Shown: in pieces, positions 24,687-37,626 of the stretch
How positions within the stretch are numbered: position 1 is the stretch's first letter
How the letters are laid out: every line of letters begins with the position of its first letter
Assembly: GCA_951406725.2 (NCBI GenBank)
Contig: OX597829.1
Location: forward strand, 49,166,001 to 49,230,000
DNA from: Octopus vulgaris
Taxonomy: Eukaryota
Length of the DNA: 64,000 nucleotides
Reading direction: 5' to 3'
The notes under the pieces: model-generated
What the model was told of the DNA's origin: nothing
Database searches by the model: none
Seen by the model: only the letters and a program-made list of their open reading frames with translations
Program-made: the position numbers and the translations under genes

Positions 24687-26071
24687 AATTCCAGGCTTCT
24701 TTGATTAGTATTGCTGCTGATGTGGGAGCTGCCTGACCTGGGCATGGATGGATGGAAAAACTAAGGAACAATAAAATAATTTTTGTTATGTGTTCTGACA
24801 CATTTCATTGCTAATCTTCGGCTTCTTTTTTTTTCTTTTTTTTTTCTTTACTTGTTTCAGTCATTTTGACTGTGGCCATGCTGGAGCACCACCTTTAATT
24901 GAGCAACTCGACCCCGGGACATAAACACACCAGCATCGATTGTCAAGCAATGCTAGGGGGACAAACACAGACACACAAAAAACATACACGCACATACATA
25001 TATATATACGACGGGCTTCTTTCAGTTTCCGTCTACCAAATCCACTCACAAGGCTTTGGCCGGCCCGAGGCTATAGCGGAAGACACTTGCCCAAGGTGCC
25101 ACACAGTGGGACTGAACCTGGAACCATGTGGTTGGTAAACAAGCTACTTACCACACAGCCACTCCTGCGATGCTCAATCTGCTCTTTAAAACATTTGAGA
25201 AGAGCAGTCTCAGAATGCAAAATAACGAAATATTGTCTTATAAAAATGATTTCTTTCACTAGTGATTATTAAGAATAATAATGATGCCTTTTATAATAAC
25301 AATAATAATGATAATGGTGATGATGATGATGGTCTTTTCTACTTTAGGGATAAGGCTTAAATTTTGGGAGAGGTAGGCTGATGATTACATCAATCCCAGT
25401 ACTCCACTGGTACTTATTCCATCGACCATGAAAGGATGAAAAGCAAAGTAAACCTCGGCAAAATTTGAACTCAGAACATAAAAATTAACAAAATGCTACC
25501 AAGCATTTTGCCTAATGTGCTAGTGTTTCTGCCATCTCATGGCCTTAATAATAATAATAATAATTATAATAATAGTCACTTTGATGGCATGCAATGCTCC
25601 CTCACTCAATAATAATAATAATAATAATAATAACAATAAACCACAGATCCACTTGTCAGTTGTTTGACCGTAACCAGTTGAGCATGTCCCTTTGGTGGCT
25701 GACGATATGTGTATCTCTGATCACGAGCAGTCGGGGAGTATCCTAGCCATCAGTTGAAAGGAATTCTTTGTGATTTGGATAATTCACCTTTGGAAATATG
25801 GGTGTTTTGTTCATCATCCTTAAATGACCCTTATTCAGGGACCTTTTGAGCAAGGTGGGCTACTCAATCTCAAGAAAATTCTAACAAAGTCATGCACTGT
25901 TTATCTTGATTTAAAGACCACCATGCCACTGGTTGTGATGCATGTGCCTAATGTACCCTTATCAAGAACCCTTATCAGACAGCTACTTATGATGGGTATA
26001 CTAGGCTTCGTATATGTTACTCCTCTGTTACTTTGATGGCATGTACAGTTCTCTCACTCAATAATAATAAT

Positions 26072-26212
<141 letters not shown>

Positions 26213-26526
26213 TTAGCATCCGTTTTCCATGCTAGCATGGGTTGGACAGTTCAACTGGGGTCTGCGAAGCTGGAAGGCTTCGTCAGGTCCAGTCAGATCT
26301 GGCAGTGCTTCTATGGCTGGATGCCCTTCCTAACGCCAACCACTCCGTGAGTGTAGTGGGTGCTTTTTACGTGCCACCCGCACAGGTGCCAGACAGAGCT
26401 GGCAAACGGCCACGAATGGATGGTGCTTTTACGTGTCACTGGCACGTGGCCAGGCGAGGCTGGCAACGGACACGAATGGATGGTGCTTTTAATAATAATA
26501 ATAATAATAATAATGATGATGATGAT

Positions 26527-27290
26527 TTCATTCCAGCAAACATTGGATGAAGCTGATGAAGAATCACGGAAATGGTTAAAAGAAAGATTTTTAAGGAAAG
26601 AAATGGAAGGACTGATTCTTGCTGCTCGAGAACAAGTTTTAGGTACTAACTCAATCAAGCGTAACACTGATAAAACAGCAGTATCGCTTTTGTGTTAATT
26701 ATGTGGAAAATGATCTGAGACTGTTAGACATATAATTAGTGGATGCTCAAAACTGGCCCAGAAGGAACACAAAAAAGCCATTACAAAGTAGCAGTGCAAA
26801 TACACAGGGAGTTGTGATGGAAGTCTGAGCTAGAATGTTCGAATAAGTAGTATGAGCACTATTCTTTGCCAGTAGCAGAGAATGATCAGGTGAAAGGGAT
26901 ATGCCAATTGATACAGGTAAGAAACTGCAACATAACCAACCAGGTATCAATTTCTTATGGAATGAATCCAAACAATGAACCTTCATTGGTGTAGCCATAC
27001 CTGCAGACCAGAACAAGAAACTTGGGAAGTACCAAGACGTAGCACTGGAAGTGAAACTCATTCATGCAGCCTCGAAAGTGAGTGTGGTACCTATTGTGAT
27101 TAGTGCATTTTGGACAATTTCAAAGAAAGCAATATTTAAGCATGTACTTCATAAGAAGTACTCAGTTGGCAAAAATACTCGAAACAGCACATATTGAGAA
27201 AGGGTTGTACCTTTAAGCTGTGGGAAGGAGCCAACATGTGACATAGATAATTTCAGGAAAAGACAAAGAAAAGAAAGAATAAAGACAACA
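26527..27290 (+). mobile_element. Dong/R4-like non-LTR retrotransposon 3' remnant (zinc knuckle and restriction-like endonuclease)
   Basis: KWLKERFLRKEMEGLILAAREQVLGTN...C*LCGK*SETVRHIISGCSKLAQKEHK (CCHC knuckle), then HNQPGI, GVAIP, KLGKYQDVA, VVPIVISA; multiple stops and frameshifts. Confidence 0.8.
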
Positions 27291-29429
27291 ATAATATTCA
27301 ATTGGCAGCTGATGAGGGAAATCATTTCATTATAAAAAGTTTGTTTTTTGTTGCCTCATTAATTTCTTTGCTTGTTATCACACTCCTGTTTGAATTAGAT
27401 AGAGCCGGTTTTTGTTAATTATTTATTTATTATGTGAAGGCATGTGGCCTAGTGGTTAAGTTGTTGCACTCACAACCACAAGATCGTGGTTTCAATTCCC
27501 AAAATGGGTGGTATGCAGTGTTTTTGAACAAAACATTTCATTTCTCAGTCTAGGTTGTGTTCTTGAGCAAGACACTTTATTTCACGTTGCTCCAATACAC
27601 TCAGCTGTAGAAATGAGTTGCGACATCACTTGGTGCCAAGTTGTATCAGTCTTTGCCTTTCCCTTGGATAACATCAATGGCATGGAGAGGGGAGGCTGGT
27701 ATGCATGGGTGACTGCTGGTCTTCCATGAAAAATCTTGCCTGGACATGTGCCTTGGAGGGAAACTTTCTATGGTCATTCATAAACAAAGGAGATCTTTAT
27801 TCTTTACCCTTTATGTGAAGGCACATGGCTCAGTGGTTAGAGCGTCAGGCTCACAATCATGATTAAATGAGTTCGATTCCCAGACCAGGCTGTGTGTTGT
27901 GTTCTTGAGCAAGACACTATTTCATGTTGCTTCAGTTCACTCAGCTGTAGAGATAAGTTGTGAGGTCACTGGTGCCAAGCTGTATCGACCCCTTTGCCTT
28001 TCCCTTGGATAACATCAATGGCATGGAGAGGAGAGGCCGGCATGGATGGCAACTACTGGTCTTCCATAAACAATCTTGCCTGGATGTGTGCCTTGGAGGG
28101 AACTTTCTAGATGCACTCACATGGTCATTCATGACTGAAGGGGGTCTTTAACCTTTTTTATAGTATGAATTAAACAGCTAAACAGGAGACTGGATTCTTG
28201 GATGATTCTGTTTTTCTAAATTGTAATAGTTTATGATGATTAAAGGCTATTACAGCTTTGGTTTATAGCAGAAGTGGAACATAAACATTAAATGTAAAAA
28301 TTATTATTGATTTTTAATTTTAAATATATATTACTTTATAAGTCTAAATTTGCATTTTTGTACATTGGCATATCTGCATGAATTAAGTCTTTACTTTCTG
28401 ATTTATGCTGACATATGTCAAAAGTTGTATGTTAGAGACAGACTGGATTCTGCTATGTCTTCTGAATTATCAGAGCTGATACTTTTCACTTCTTTGTCAG
28501 TTCCGTCTTTAATCAATCAATTGTGAAGAAGAAGTAGGAGAGGAAAAAAAAAAATCATTTTTTTCTTTCTTTCTTTCTTTTTTTTTTTTTTTTTTTTTTT
28601 TTTACCTCTTTTCAGCAAAGTAAACCCAGATCATTTGAACGATATATTTTGATCATGTAATATCTGAATGCAATGCCAAAAGCTGTGACTGAACGCACAA
28701 ACTTTTTCCACCTCATAACCAGTCAAATGAGATGATCATTAAACAATAAATAAGCATAGAAATTCTTCCTTAACACAGACACACACACACGCATGTACAT
28801 TCATACACAGAGACAAAAATGAAAAGTGTCCCCCTCGGGTTAAAAACTGAGTAGCTGTCAATAATGACAGGAAAATAACAAAAACAAAAAGACCGTACCA
28901 ACCTGAAGTGGTTTTAAGTGTTCCTACATTTACATACATGTATTTGTGTGCATGTGAATATAATGTAGCATGCACGAATACAGACAACCACATGTATAAT
29001 ACACATACTGACATACAATCATACGTATCTCTATATGGATATATGCTCTTGCATATTTCTCTACATCTTCAGTTGCTTGGACAAAAGTGAGGTGGTTGGT
29101 GGTGTAGTCATATTTTTTTTTTTTTTTTTTGTTAACAATTCATCTGGGAAGTTCATGTCTTCAGTGCTATGTGGATTCATTGATAGCATATTAAGTAAGC
29201 AAGTAAAAGCTATCTCAAACAAAAACCAAACAAAAACCCAAAAAAAAAAATATGCAAACACAAAGAAAAATGAATCTGGCAGTTAAACATTCTTTAAAAG
29301 ACATATTCATTCATCTGTCCTGTGCAAACATAAAGAAGTGGACACAGAACAATCTATCTATTTGTCTGTCTGTCTGTCCATCTATATACATGTATATATA
29401 TGTATGTGTATATATATATATATACACAC

Positions 29430-29822
29430 ACACCAGAGTAAGCACAAAAATGTGAAACAAGGTGGAAAAAAGAGTAACCAAATACCAGAAAAAGGAATTG
29501 TTTATAGAGCTAAAATGCAAGTATATAAAATTTACACAGTCTTTGGAAAATTCATTCAAGACTCAATTCTGTCTGATACCCCAAGAATAGGACAGCAACT
29601 AGTCTTGCAAAGCATATCTGGGAATTGAAAGAAAATGACACCCACCCTTTCAATGTAACCTGGGAAATTCTAGGAAAGTCATCATCGAACAGGCATGGAG
29701 CTTATCAAAGACTCATGAAATGTAATCTTTGCCTTTCAGAAAAGTTCTTCATCCTGTTCCAAGATAAACATGCTTTGAACCAGAGACGCAAGCTCTTAAA
29801 TTCCTGCAGGCCTGCTGTGAGG
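29430..29822 (+). mobile_element. Penelope-like element GIY-YIG endonuclease C-terminal remnant
   Basis: KGIVYRAK...TSLAKHIWELKENDTHPFNVTWEILGKS...KCNLCLSEKFFILF...LNQRRKLLNSCR, typical PLE endonuclease ending; frameshifted. Confidence 0.82.
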
Positions 29823-30052
29823 TTTAACCCTTTAGTATTTAAACCGGCCATATCCGGCCAAAAGTATTCAGCCTGTTTTATGTTCAAACTGACCAGATCT
29901 GGTCTCTCACACCAACCCTACAATATCATTTCAAAAATTAACAGCTACCTCATCAAAATCTCATAGCTACAAGATAATGCATGATTAATTCAAAACAATG
30001 TGGATGAAGAAGTATTAATTTTGGCAGAATAATGCAAACACTAAAGGGTTAA
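29823..30052. mobile_element. piggyBac-type MITE family 1 inserted at the end of the Penelope ORF
   Basis: TTAA-ccctttag...ctaaaggg-TTAA; reverse complement of 5011-5239. Confidence 0.88.
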
Positions 30053-30450
30053 AATGTCAACTGATAAAATACTGTATAGGTAAAATGCTTTGACTTTTGG
30101 AAAATTTTGACTGTCGCATTTGAATTTGACTTTATACCTTATAGTTATTTTGTATTACGATGGTAGTGCATGTTTCGACTTCACTTTTAAGAAAGCCTTC
30201 GACTGATTTACAAATTAAAGCTTAAGCTTCATCAAGGTTTATTTTTATTGTTCAATCTTGCATTATTTATTGTCAAATTTATTGCGCAATTTCCTTATTT
30301 TAACATTTTAGAATTATATATACCAGATGGTTTTAAAAAAAATTTTGCATATATACGTTAAGATGTATATATTTATCTTGATGTGAAGATATGTCTCTAT
30401 ATATGTATGTATTATAGGTGTGTGTATGTATGTATATGTGATTGTATATA

Positions 30451-31765
30451 TCATCATCATCATCATCATCATCATTTAGCGTCCGTTTTCCATGCTAGCA
30501 TGGGTTGGACGGTTCTGCTGGGGTCTGTGAAGCCAGAAGGCTTCATCAGGCCCAGTCAAATCTGGCAATGTTTCTACGGCTGGATGCCCTTCCTAACGCC
30601 AACCACTCCGTGAGTGTAGTGGGTGCTTTTTACGTGCCACCCGCACTGGTGCCAGCCAGAGCTGGCAAACGGCCACGAACGGATGGTGTTTTTTATGTGC
30701 CACCGGCACGAGGGCCAGGCGAGGCTGGCAACGAACACGAAACGGGGCGGTGCTGGCAACGGTCGCGAAACGGAAGGTTCTCTTACATGCCACCGGCACT
30801 GGTAACACATCTGCAATTTCCATTGATCGATTTCCATTGATTGATTTCGATTCTGATCCTCACTTGCCTCAACGGGTCTTCACAAGCAGAGTTTCGACAT
30901 GCCACCGGCACTGGTAGCACATCCGCAATTTCCATTGATCGATTTCGATTCTGATCCTCACTTGCCTCAACACGTCTTCACAAGTAGAGTTTTGTGTCCC
31001 AAGAAGGAAGGTATGCATACGTAGGCTGGCTCCATCCCATGTAGAAGGTCACGGGTTGTGGACTCACTTGTCCTGCCGGGTCTTCTCGCGCACAGCACAC
31101 TTCCAGAGGTCTCGGTCTCTAGTCATTTCCTCGGTGAGACCTAAAGTTCGAAGGTCGTGCTTCACCACCTCGTCCCAGGTTTTCCTGGGTCTGCCTCTTC
31201 CACAGGTTCCCTCAACCGCTAGGGTGTGGCACTTTTTCACACAACTATCTTCATCCATTCTCGCCACATGACCATACCAGCGCAAACGTCTCTCTTGCAC
31301 ACCACAACTGATGCTTCTTAGGTCCAGCTTTTCTCTCAAGGTACTTACACTCTGCCGAGTGTGAGTACTGGCATTACACATCCATCGGAGCATACTGGCT
31401 TCATTTCTAGCGAGCTTACGCATATCCTCAGCAGTCACGGCCCATGTTTCACTGCCATGTAGCATGGCTGTTCGTACACACGCATCATACAGTCTGCCTT
31501 TCACTCTGTGCGAGAGGCCTTTTGTCACCAGCAGAGGTAAGAGCTCTCTGAACTTTGCCCAAGCTATTCTTACTCTAGCAGTTACACTTTCAGCACACCC
31601 GCCCCCGCTGCTTACTTGGTCACCTAGGTAACGGAAACTATCAACTATTTCTAGTTTTTCTCCCTGGAAAGTGACAGAAGTTGGTCTCAGAGCATTTTCA
31701 GTGTTTATTGTTCCTGAGCATCTGCCACATACAAAAACCATCTTCCTAGTTAGCCTTCCTTTGAC
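30451..31765 (-). mobile_element. 5'-truncated RTE-clade LINE (ORF C-terminus 31064-31741, 3' UTR, (GAT)n tail)
   Basis: Uninterrupted 225 aa: LEIVDSFRYLG...RVRIAWAKFREL...LYDACVRTAMLHGSETW...RRLRWYGHVARM...GRGRPRKTW...DRDLWK; flanked by a ~55-60 bp direct repeat. Confidence 0.93.
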
Positions 31766-31835
31766 ATATATACATATATATGTGTGTATATATGTATGTA
31801 TGTATTATAGGTGTGTGTATGTATGTATATGTGTT

Positions 31836-31875
<40 letters not shown>

Positions 31876-31925
31876 TATATATATATATATATATATGTGT
31901 GTGTATGTATATATTTATATATATA

Positions 31926-32354
31926 TGAACATCGAACCAAGTATCAATGGAAACAGTAGTAGTTGTGATACCTGTGCCGGTGACACATAAAAAGCACCAT
32001 CCGAACGTGGCCGTTGCCAGTGCAGCCTCCACTGGCTTCTGTGCCGGTGGCACATAAAAAGCTCCATCCGAACGTGACCGATGCCAACCCCGCCTCGAAT
32101 GGCTTCTGTGCCGGTGGCACATAAAAAGCACCAACCCGACCGTGGCCGATGCCAGACCCCTCTGGCACCTGTGCAGGTGGCACGTAAAAAGCACCCACTA
32201 CACTCGCGGAGTGGTTGGCGTTAGGAAGGGCATCCAGCTGTAGAAACACTGCCAGATCTGACTGGAGCCTGGGGCAACCCCTGGCTCCCCAGACCCCGGT
32301 CGAAACCGTCCAACCCGTGCTAGCACGGAAAACGGACATTAAACGATGATGATG
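31926..32354 (+). mobile_element. RTE 3' UTR fragment, head-to-head with the preceding LINE
   Basis: Tandem aaaagcaccatccgaacgtggcc units and tail aaacgatgatgat; other tails at 37021-37220, 40645-41075, 46360-46740, 46942-47325, 51905-52615, 58530-58770. Confidence 0.85.
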
Positions 32355-33155
32355 TATACCCACATATTTATTAGTATGTTTGTATGTGTGTGTATTTGTA
32401 TGTATGCTTGTATTATTTTTATGTGTGCGTTTTCATATGTGTGCATTTTGCAAGCTGGACGAAGTACCTAACTTTTGTTAGATACTTATTGGAAGCCAAT
32501 CATTTCACTCTCTCTAACTCTATCTATTTTCCCCTTTCTCTCCCTAATTTCCTGTTTCTTTTTCTTCTTTTCCCCTTTTTCTTTCTCCTCACCTCCCACT
32601 TTTTACTTTCTGATTTTTTTCCTTTTCTTTCTCTCACCTGTAACAACTAAATTGTATAAGCATACACCAGGAGATTTTGTACGCGTGTGTGAGTGTGCAT
32701 GCATACATATATATGCATATGTATATATTTATGTTTTGCCTATATATGTCTGTATATGTATGTAACCATGTACCTACGTCTATATGTTTAGTGAATATAT
32801 ACATATATTTTAGATTATTTGGTATGTGTATATATTGCTAAATGTATATATATTTTAGCGTGAACATTATTTAAACGGATATATATTTTAATTTATTCAT
32901 TTGTTATTATTTCTACAGCTAATTATTTACCCTGGGTATTTAGGCCTCTCTCCTTCTTCATAAGTTATTTTTGACTTAAGATTTTCTTCGATTTTTATAA
33001 TACTACGATCTTAAACCGCAATTTGTTATTTCATGCAAACGGTTATTGAAAAGACCATTAGTCGAAAGGACCAATGAAACAAAACTATTTTCATATGTGC
33101 ATCTATGAAAATAATTGTATTTCTGCATATCACCTTATCTTGCTCCATTCTAAAC

Positions 33156-33201
33156 AAAACTGTCTGACAAACGAGAACGTGAAACTCTGAGTAACAGTTT
33201 T
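33156..33201 (+). ncRNA. Minimal type I hammerhead ribozyme motif with a G8-to-A substitution
   Basis: aaaactgt-CTGACAA-acg-agaa-cgt-GAAA-ctc-t-ga-GTA-acagtttt: 8 bp stem I, stems II and III, GUA triplet; CTGACAA is one CpG-type transition from CTGACGA. Confidence 0.75.
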
Positions 33202-33271
33202 TGTGATATTTTTGCTGCTTTTTAATATATATATATATATATATATGTATATATGTGTGTGTGTGTGTGTG

Positions 33272-33574
33272 TGGAGGCACAATGGCCCAGTGGTTAGGGC
33301 AGGGGACTCGTGGTCATAGGATCGCAGTTTCGATTCCCAGACCGGGCTTTGTGAGTGTTTATTGAGCGAAAACACCTAAACGCTCCACGAGGCTCTGGCA
33401 GGGGGGGTGGTGGCGATCCCTGCTGTACTCTTTCACCACTCTTCCTCCCACTCTTTATTCTGTTGGCCTGCTCGCTTAGCCAGTGGGGTGGCATCATTTG
33501 AAGGCTAAAACAATGTGAACGCATTGTGACCAGCGATGTGTAACAAAATCTGATGGTCTGGTCGGTCATGTGAT

Positions 33575-33580
<6 letters not shown>
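33272..33580 (+). mobile_element. tRNA-derived SINE family C variant
   Basis: Head ggaggcacaatggcccagtggttagggc...gtttcgattccc shared with 61225-61611, but with a different tail (also seen at ~51360-51478). Confidence 0.8.
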
Positions 33581-33624
<44 letters not shown>

Positions 33625-33969
33625 AACACACACACAATGGGCTTCTTCCAGTTTCCACCTACCAAATCCACCCATAAGGTTTTAGTCAGCCTGGAGCTGT
33701 AGTAGAACATACTTGCCCAAGGTGCCATGCAGTGGACTGAACTCAAGATAACATGGTTGGCAGGAAGCAAGCTACTTAATCACACAGCCAACGACAATGA
33801 TTTTGCTTCAGTTATTCATCTGTTGGAAACCAAAATTCCAAGATGCTGACGCCTCTCTATAACAACAGTCTACGGTTTCTAACCGTTTAAAAGAAATAAA
33901 AAAGAATTATTTTTTTTTTGCTCTTTACGTTATTTTTGGTAGGGTTTTGTTTTATTTTTTTTTTCACAG

Positions 33970-34960
33970 TTGCTAGTCAGCGACATGACAAACATTCCAT
34001 AAAACCATTTTTAGCGTTCTTTGAGAAAATTGCGAACTCATTGTTTAATGTTGATTACATATCTCGGCTGGAGATACATGTAGATCAAACACTCAATAAA
34101 TTACATCTCTCCAGAATTCTGTCTCCCGGCCTGCTGTTATACATTTCAATGTTTACAACAGCGATAATGTCAAAGGTTACTTTGCATTACGGTACCAGCC
34201 AAAACGTTGAATATTCAAAATTCTATTAATACCGCAAGAATATTCCAGTAATCTTTATATATAAAAGTGAGGTTGTGTGCTGTCTGTCTCCTACGATTTA
34301 GATTCCTAACTACTCCCACATTTTGCGGTGCAGTTTAACCAAAAGTGGGTATCTTATAGTCGTGATTCATATCGAACCCTTCTGGGTATTAGCGCACGTC
34401 TACGATGAGTCTACGATTTAAAAAAAAAATTTACCATTATTTTTTCCCATTTTTAATGCATTTTTTGCTATTATATAAGGGAAGTAACTCTCTAAAAATG
34501 TCTACGATGAGTCAACGATTTAAAAAAAAATTTATCATAATTTTTTCCCATTTTTAATGCATTTTTTTGCTATTATATAAGGGAAGTAACTCTCTAAAAA
34601 TGTCTACGATGAGTCTACGATTTAAAAAAAAATTTACCATCATTTTTTCCCATTTTTAATGCATTTTTTTTTGCTATTATATAAGGGAAGTAACTCTCTA
34701 AAAATGCTTATATAGTTATTTCCCTTACAAACCCGAGCAACGCCGGGCGATACTGCTAGTGATTAATAAATGTCTTTGTAAAGTAGTAGCAGATTATAGC
34801 TGGTAGACTCATTCATATTAATGACTTGTTAACGTTTCTGCGGCGCAGAGTTTTATATTTCAGTTATTGGCAGAGAATTCTTCTTTTTCCCCACCAGAGT
34901 ATTGGAATATCCTTCCTGTCAATAATGTCTAACATCTAACTTGGTTTGATAAATTCAAAT
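33970..34960 (+). mobile_element. Highly decayed CR1/L2-like LINE 3' end, split by a Helitron
   Basis: VDYISRLEI...TL resembles Y..RL..L.L.TL, and NSSFSPPEYWNILP (34876-34917) resembles F..R....WN.LP of CR1-group ORF2 ends. Confidence 0.4.
34252..34759 (+). mobile_element. Complete non-autonomous Helitron
   Basis: A|TC 5' end (tctttatatataaaagtgagg), subterminal hairpin cccgagcaacgccggg, CTAG|T 3' end, no TSD; three ~100-110 bp internal tandem units at ~34398-34706. Confidence 0.92.
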
Positions 34961-35265
34961 ATCAATACAAACTGTCAATCCGATATTTTACACTTCCGCT
35001 TTTACAACCAATTGCATCAATTCAGCCTTCTGTTTGCCTGTCTGTCTGTCTATATATATATATACTCTTTACTCTTTTACTTGTTTCAGTCATTTGACTG
35101 TGGCCATGCTGGAGCACCGCCTTTAGTCGAGCAAATTGACCCCGGGACTTATTCTTTTGTAAGCTCAGTACTTAGTCTATCAGTCTCTTTTGCTGAACCG
35201 CTAAGTGACGGGGATGTAAACACACCAGCATCGGTTGTCAAGCAATGCTAGGGAGACAAACACAT

Positions 35266-35302
<37 letters not shown>

Positions 35303-35463
35303 CGACAGGCTTCTTTCAGTTTCTGTCTACCAAATCCACTCACAAGGCATTGGTCGGCCCGGGGCCATAGCAGAAGACACTTGCCCAAGATGCCACGCAG
35401 TGGGACTGAACCCGGATCCATGTGGTTGGTCAGCAAGCTACTTACCACACAGCCACTCCTGAG

Positions 35464-35500
<37 letters not shown>

Positions 35501-36899
35501 TCATCATCATTTAACGTCACTTGGACATTGCTGGCAAGCGTTGGACGGTTTGCCCCAGGGCTGGCACACTGCAAGGCTGCACCAGACTCCAGTCTGATTT
35601 CTACGACTGGATGTCCTTCCTAATGCCAACCACTCCGAGAGTGTAACGGGTGCTTTTACATGCCATTTGTATGACACTGTGGTGCATTTATGTGCCACCA
35701 GCACAGGTGCCAATTTGTGTGACACCAGTTTCGGCCAAGACCACGATTTTGCTAGGCTTGATGAGTTTTCTTCTTAGGCACAACATAATGCCAAATGTCT
35801 TGGCCATTATTCTTCAATCAATAATTAGCACTAATCCATTTCACTCTGCTAGTAACCATAGTTCAGACTTTCTGACTTTAATATAAGGAAGGTCTTTAGG
35901 AATATCATTTTTTGACTAACTTTTCAATATTTTATATCAGTCTAGTTTCCAATAGATTCCTCTCTATTATTATATAATTAATGCTCCTTTTTTTTTTCTC
36001 TTTATAGTCTCGACAGCCAATCGAATCCACCACCATTCCAGTATATTAGACTTAACCATTTGCCATTCAGATTATCCAGTCAAATGTAATACTTATTTAT
36101 TCATGCTGTTTTGAATAAATTATGCATTATTCTCATAGCTTTGAGATTTTGATGATGTGATTGTTTAGTTTTAGAAAGACATTGCCTGGTAAGCCAGAAC
36201 CAGCCAGATTTGACCAGTCTGAACATAAAACAGAATATTTAGGAAAAGGCCATCTTAAATGCTAAAGGGCCAATCCTATTAATATTCAGATTATCCAGTC
36301 AAATGTAATCCTTATTTATTTACATTGTTTTCAATTAATCATGTGTTATCTCTTAGCTTTGAGATCTTGATGATGTGATTGATAATTTTGAGAATAACAT
36401 TGTAGGGTAGGTGTGATAGGTTGGATCTAGACAAGTTGAACTGGAAACAGGTAGAATATTTAGACTGGACATAAGCGATTTAAATGCCAAGGGGTTAATC
36501 CTTCACTCAATTTTAAAACAACCACTTTGTCTTTGGGTGTCTTTAGCAAAATCCACACAGTTGCATGAATTTTGGCCAGGTTTCAGGTATGAATTATATT
36601 ACCTGTGCTTACCAATTTTCTAGCTCTTTTCATCTGAATGCTCCATACTAATCTCGACGACCCAAGCTGAATTATCCAAATGATAGATGAACTGTACAAC
36701 CACAAGAACTTAGTGATGTTTTTTATTGTGTCCACTGTACCTCTTAACAGAGGAATAAAGTCTCACTGTTATATTTAAAGTCCGTTTCTTGTATTATTTC
36801 CATGAGTGAACATGCAACATATACAATGGTATAAAAGATTCTGTAGTAAAACCAAGGGATACTTTAGACCACCTGTTAAAGCTCTATCACGATCTAAAT

Positions 36900-37626
36900 C
36901 AGGGGTGGGGAAACCCCTGCCTGTGGGCACAAGTGCGCCTGTAAGCCCATCTTATTGCACCTGCTGGCTGGTATACTCATTTATACAAAGTATTGTAAAT
37001 TTTTCACTTATAAAATTTATACCTGTGCAGGTGGCACGTAAAAAGCACCTACTACACTCACGAAGTGGTTGGCGTTAGGAAGGGCATCCAGCTGTAGAAA
37101 CACTGCCAGATAAGACCGGAGCCTGGTGCAGCCTTCTGGCTTCCCAGATCCCTGGTCGAACCGTCCAACCCATGCTAGCATGGAGAACGGATGTTAAACG
37201 ATGATGATGATGATGATGATTCCTATGCCTCTTTGCGACATAGGTCAGGTTTCTACTATGACTTGAAATGGTTAGACTCAAACAGAAATCATCTGGTAAT
37301 TGCCATTTGAATGGGAATTTCGTTTTTACTATAGAACCCATAATACTAGGTTTGTACCAGCCACTTGTGACCCAAGTACACTCTAGCTGAAAAATATAGA
37401 ATACCGCATAAGTAATATGAACGTCCTAAATTCAGTGGCAACATCAATGAAGATGTTACACAGTAATTTAATGCATTAAAATTTATCTTTATTAATGTAT
37501 ATCGAATTATACATAGATATATACACAAGATTTACACAGGTATAAGAGGTAGAACTTGTGGTCTGCCTGCAGACCGTTTTCATTGGAAATTTTTGCCCAC
37601 TGCATTAAAAGGTTTCCCCACCCCTG
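36900..37626. mobile_element. Non-autonomous hAT element with a nested RTE tail
   Basis: TIRs caggggtggggaaacc / ggtttccccacccctg; 8 bp TSD atctaaat / atctatat; RTE tail inserted at 37021-37220. Confidence 0.9.

Noticed and set aside
27305-27345. CTGATGAggg motif after the Dong-like remnant
   Set aside because: No properly placed stem II, GAAA box and stem III; likely chance or too decayed
33918-34229. 103 aa plus-strand ORF after a polypyrimidine tract and cag, a possible antisense exon
   Set aside because: No recognisable host protein or partner exons; better explained as a decayed LINE end continuing after the Helitron
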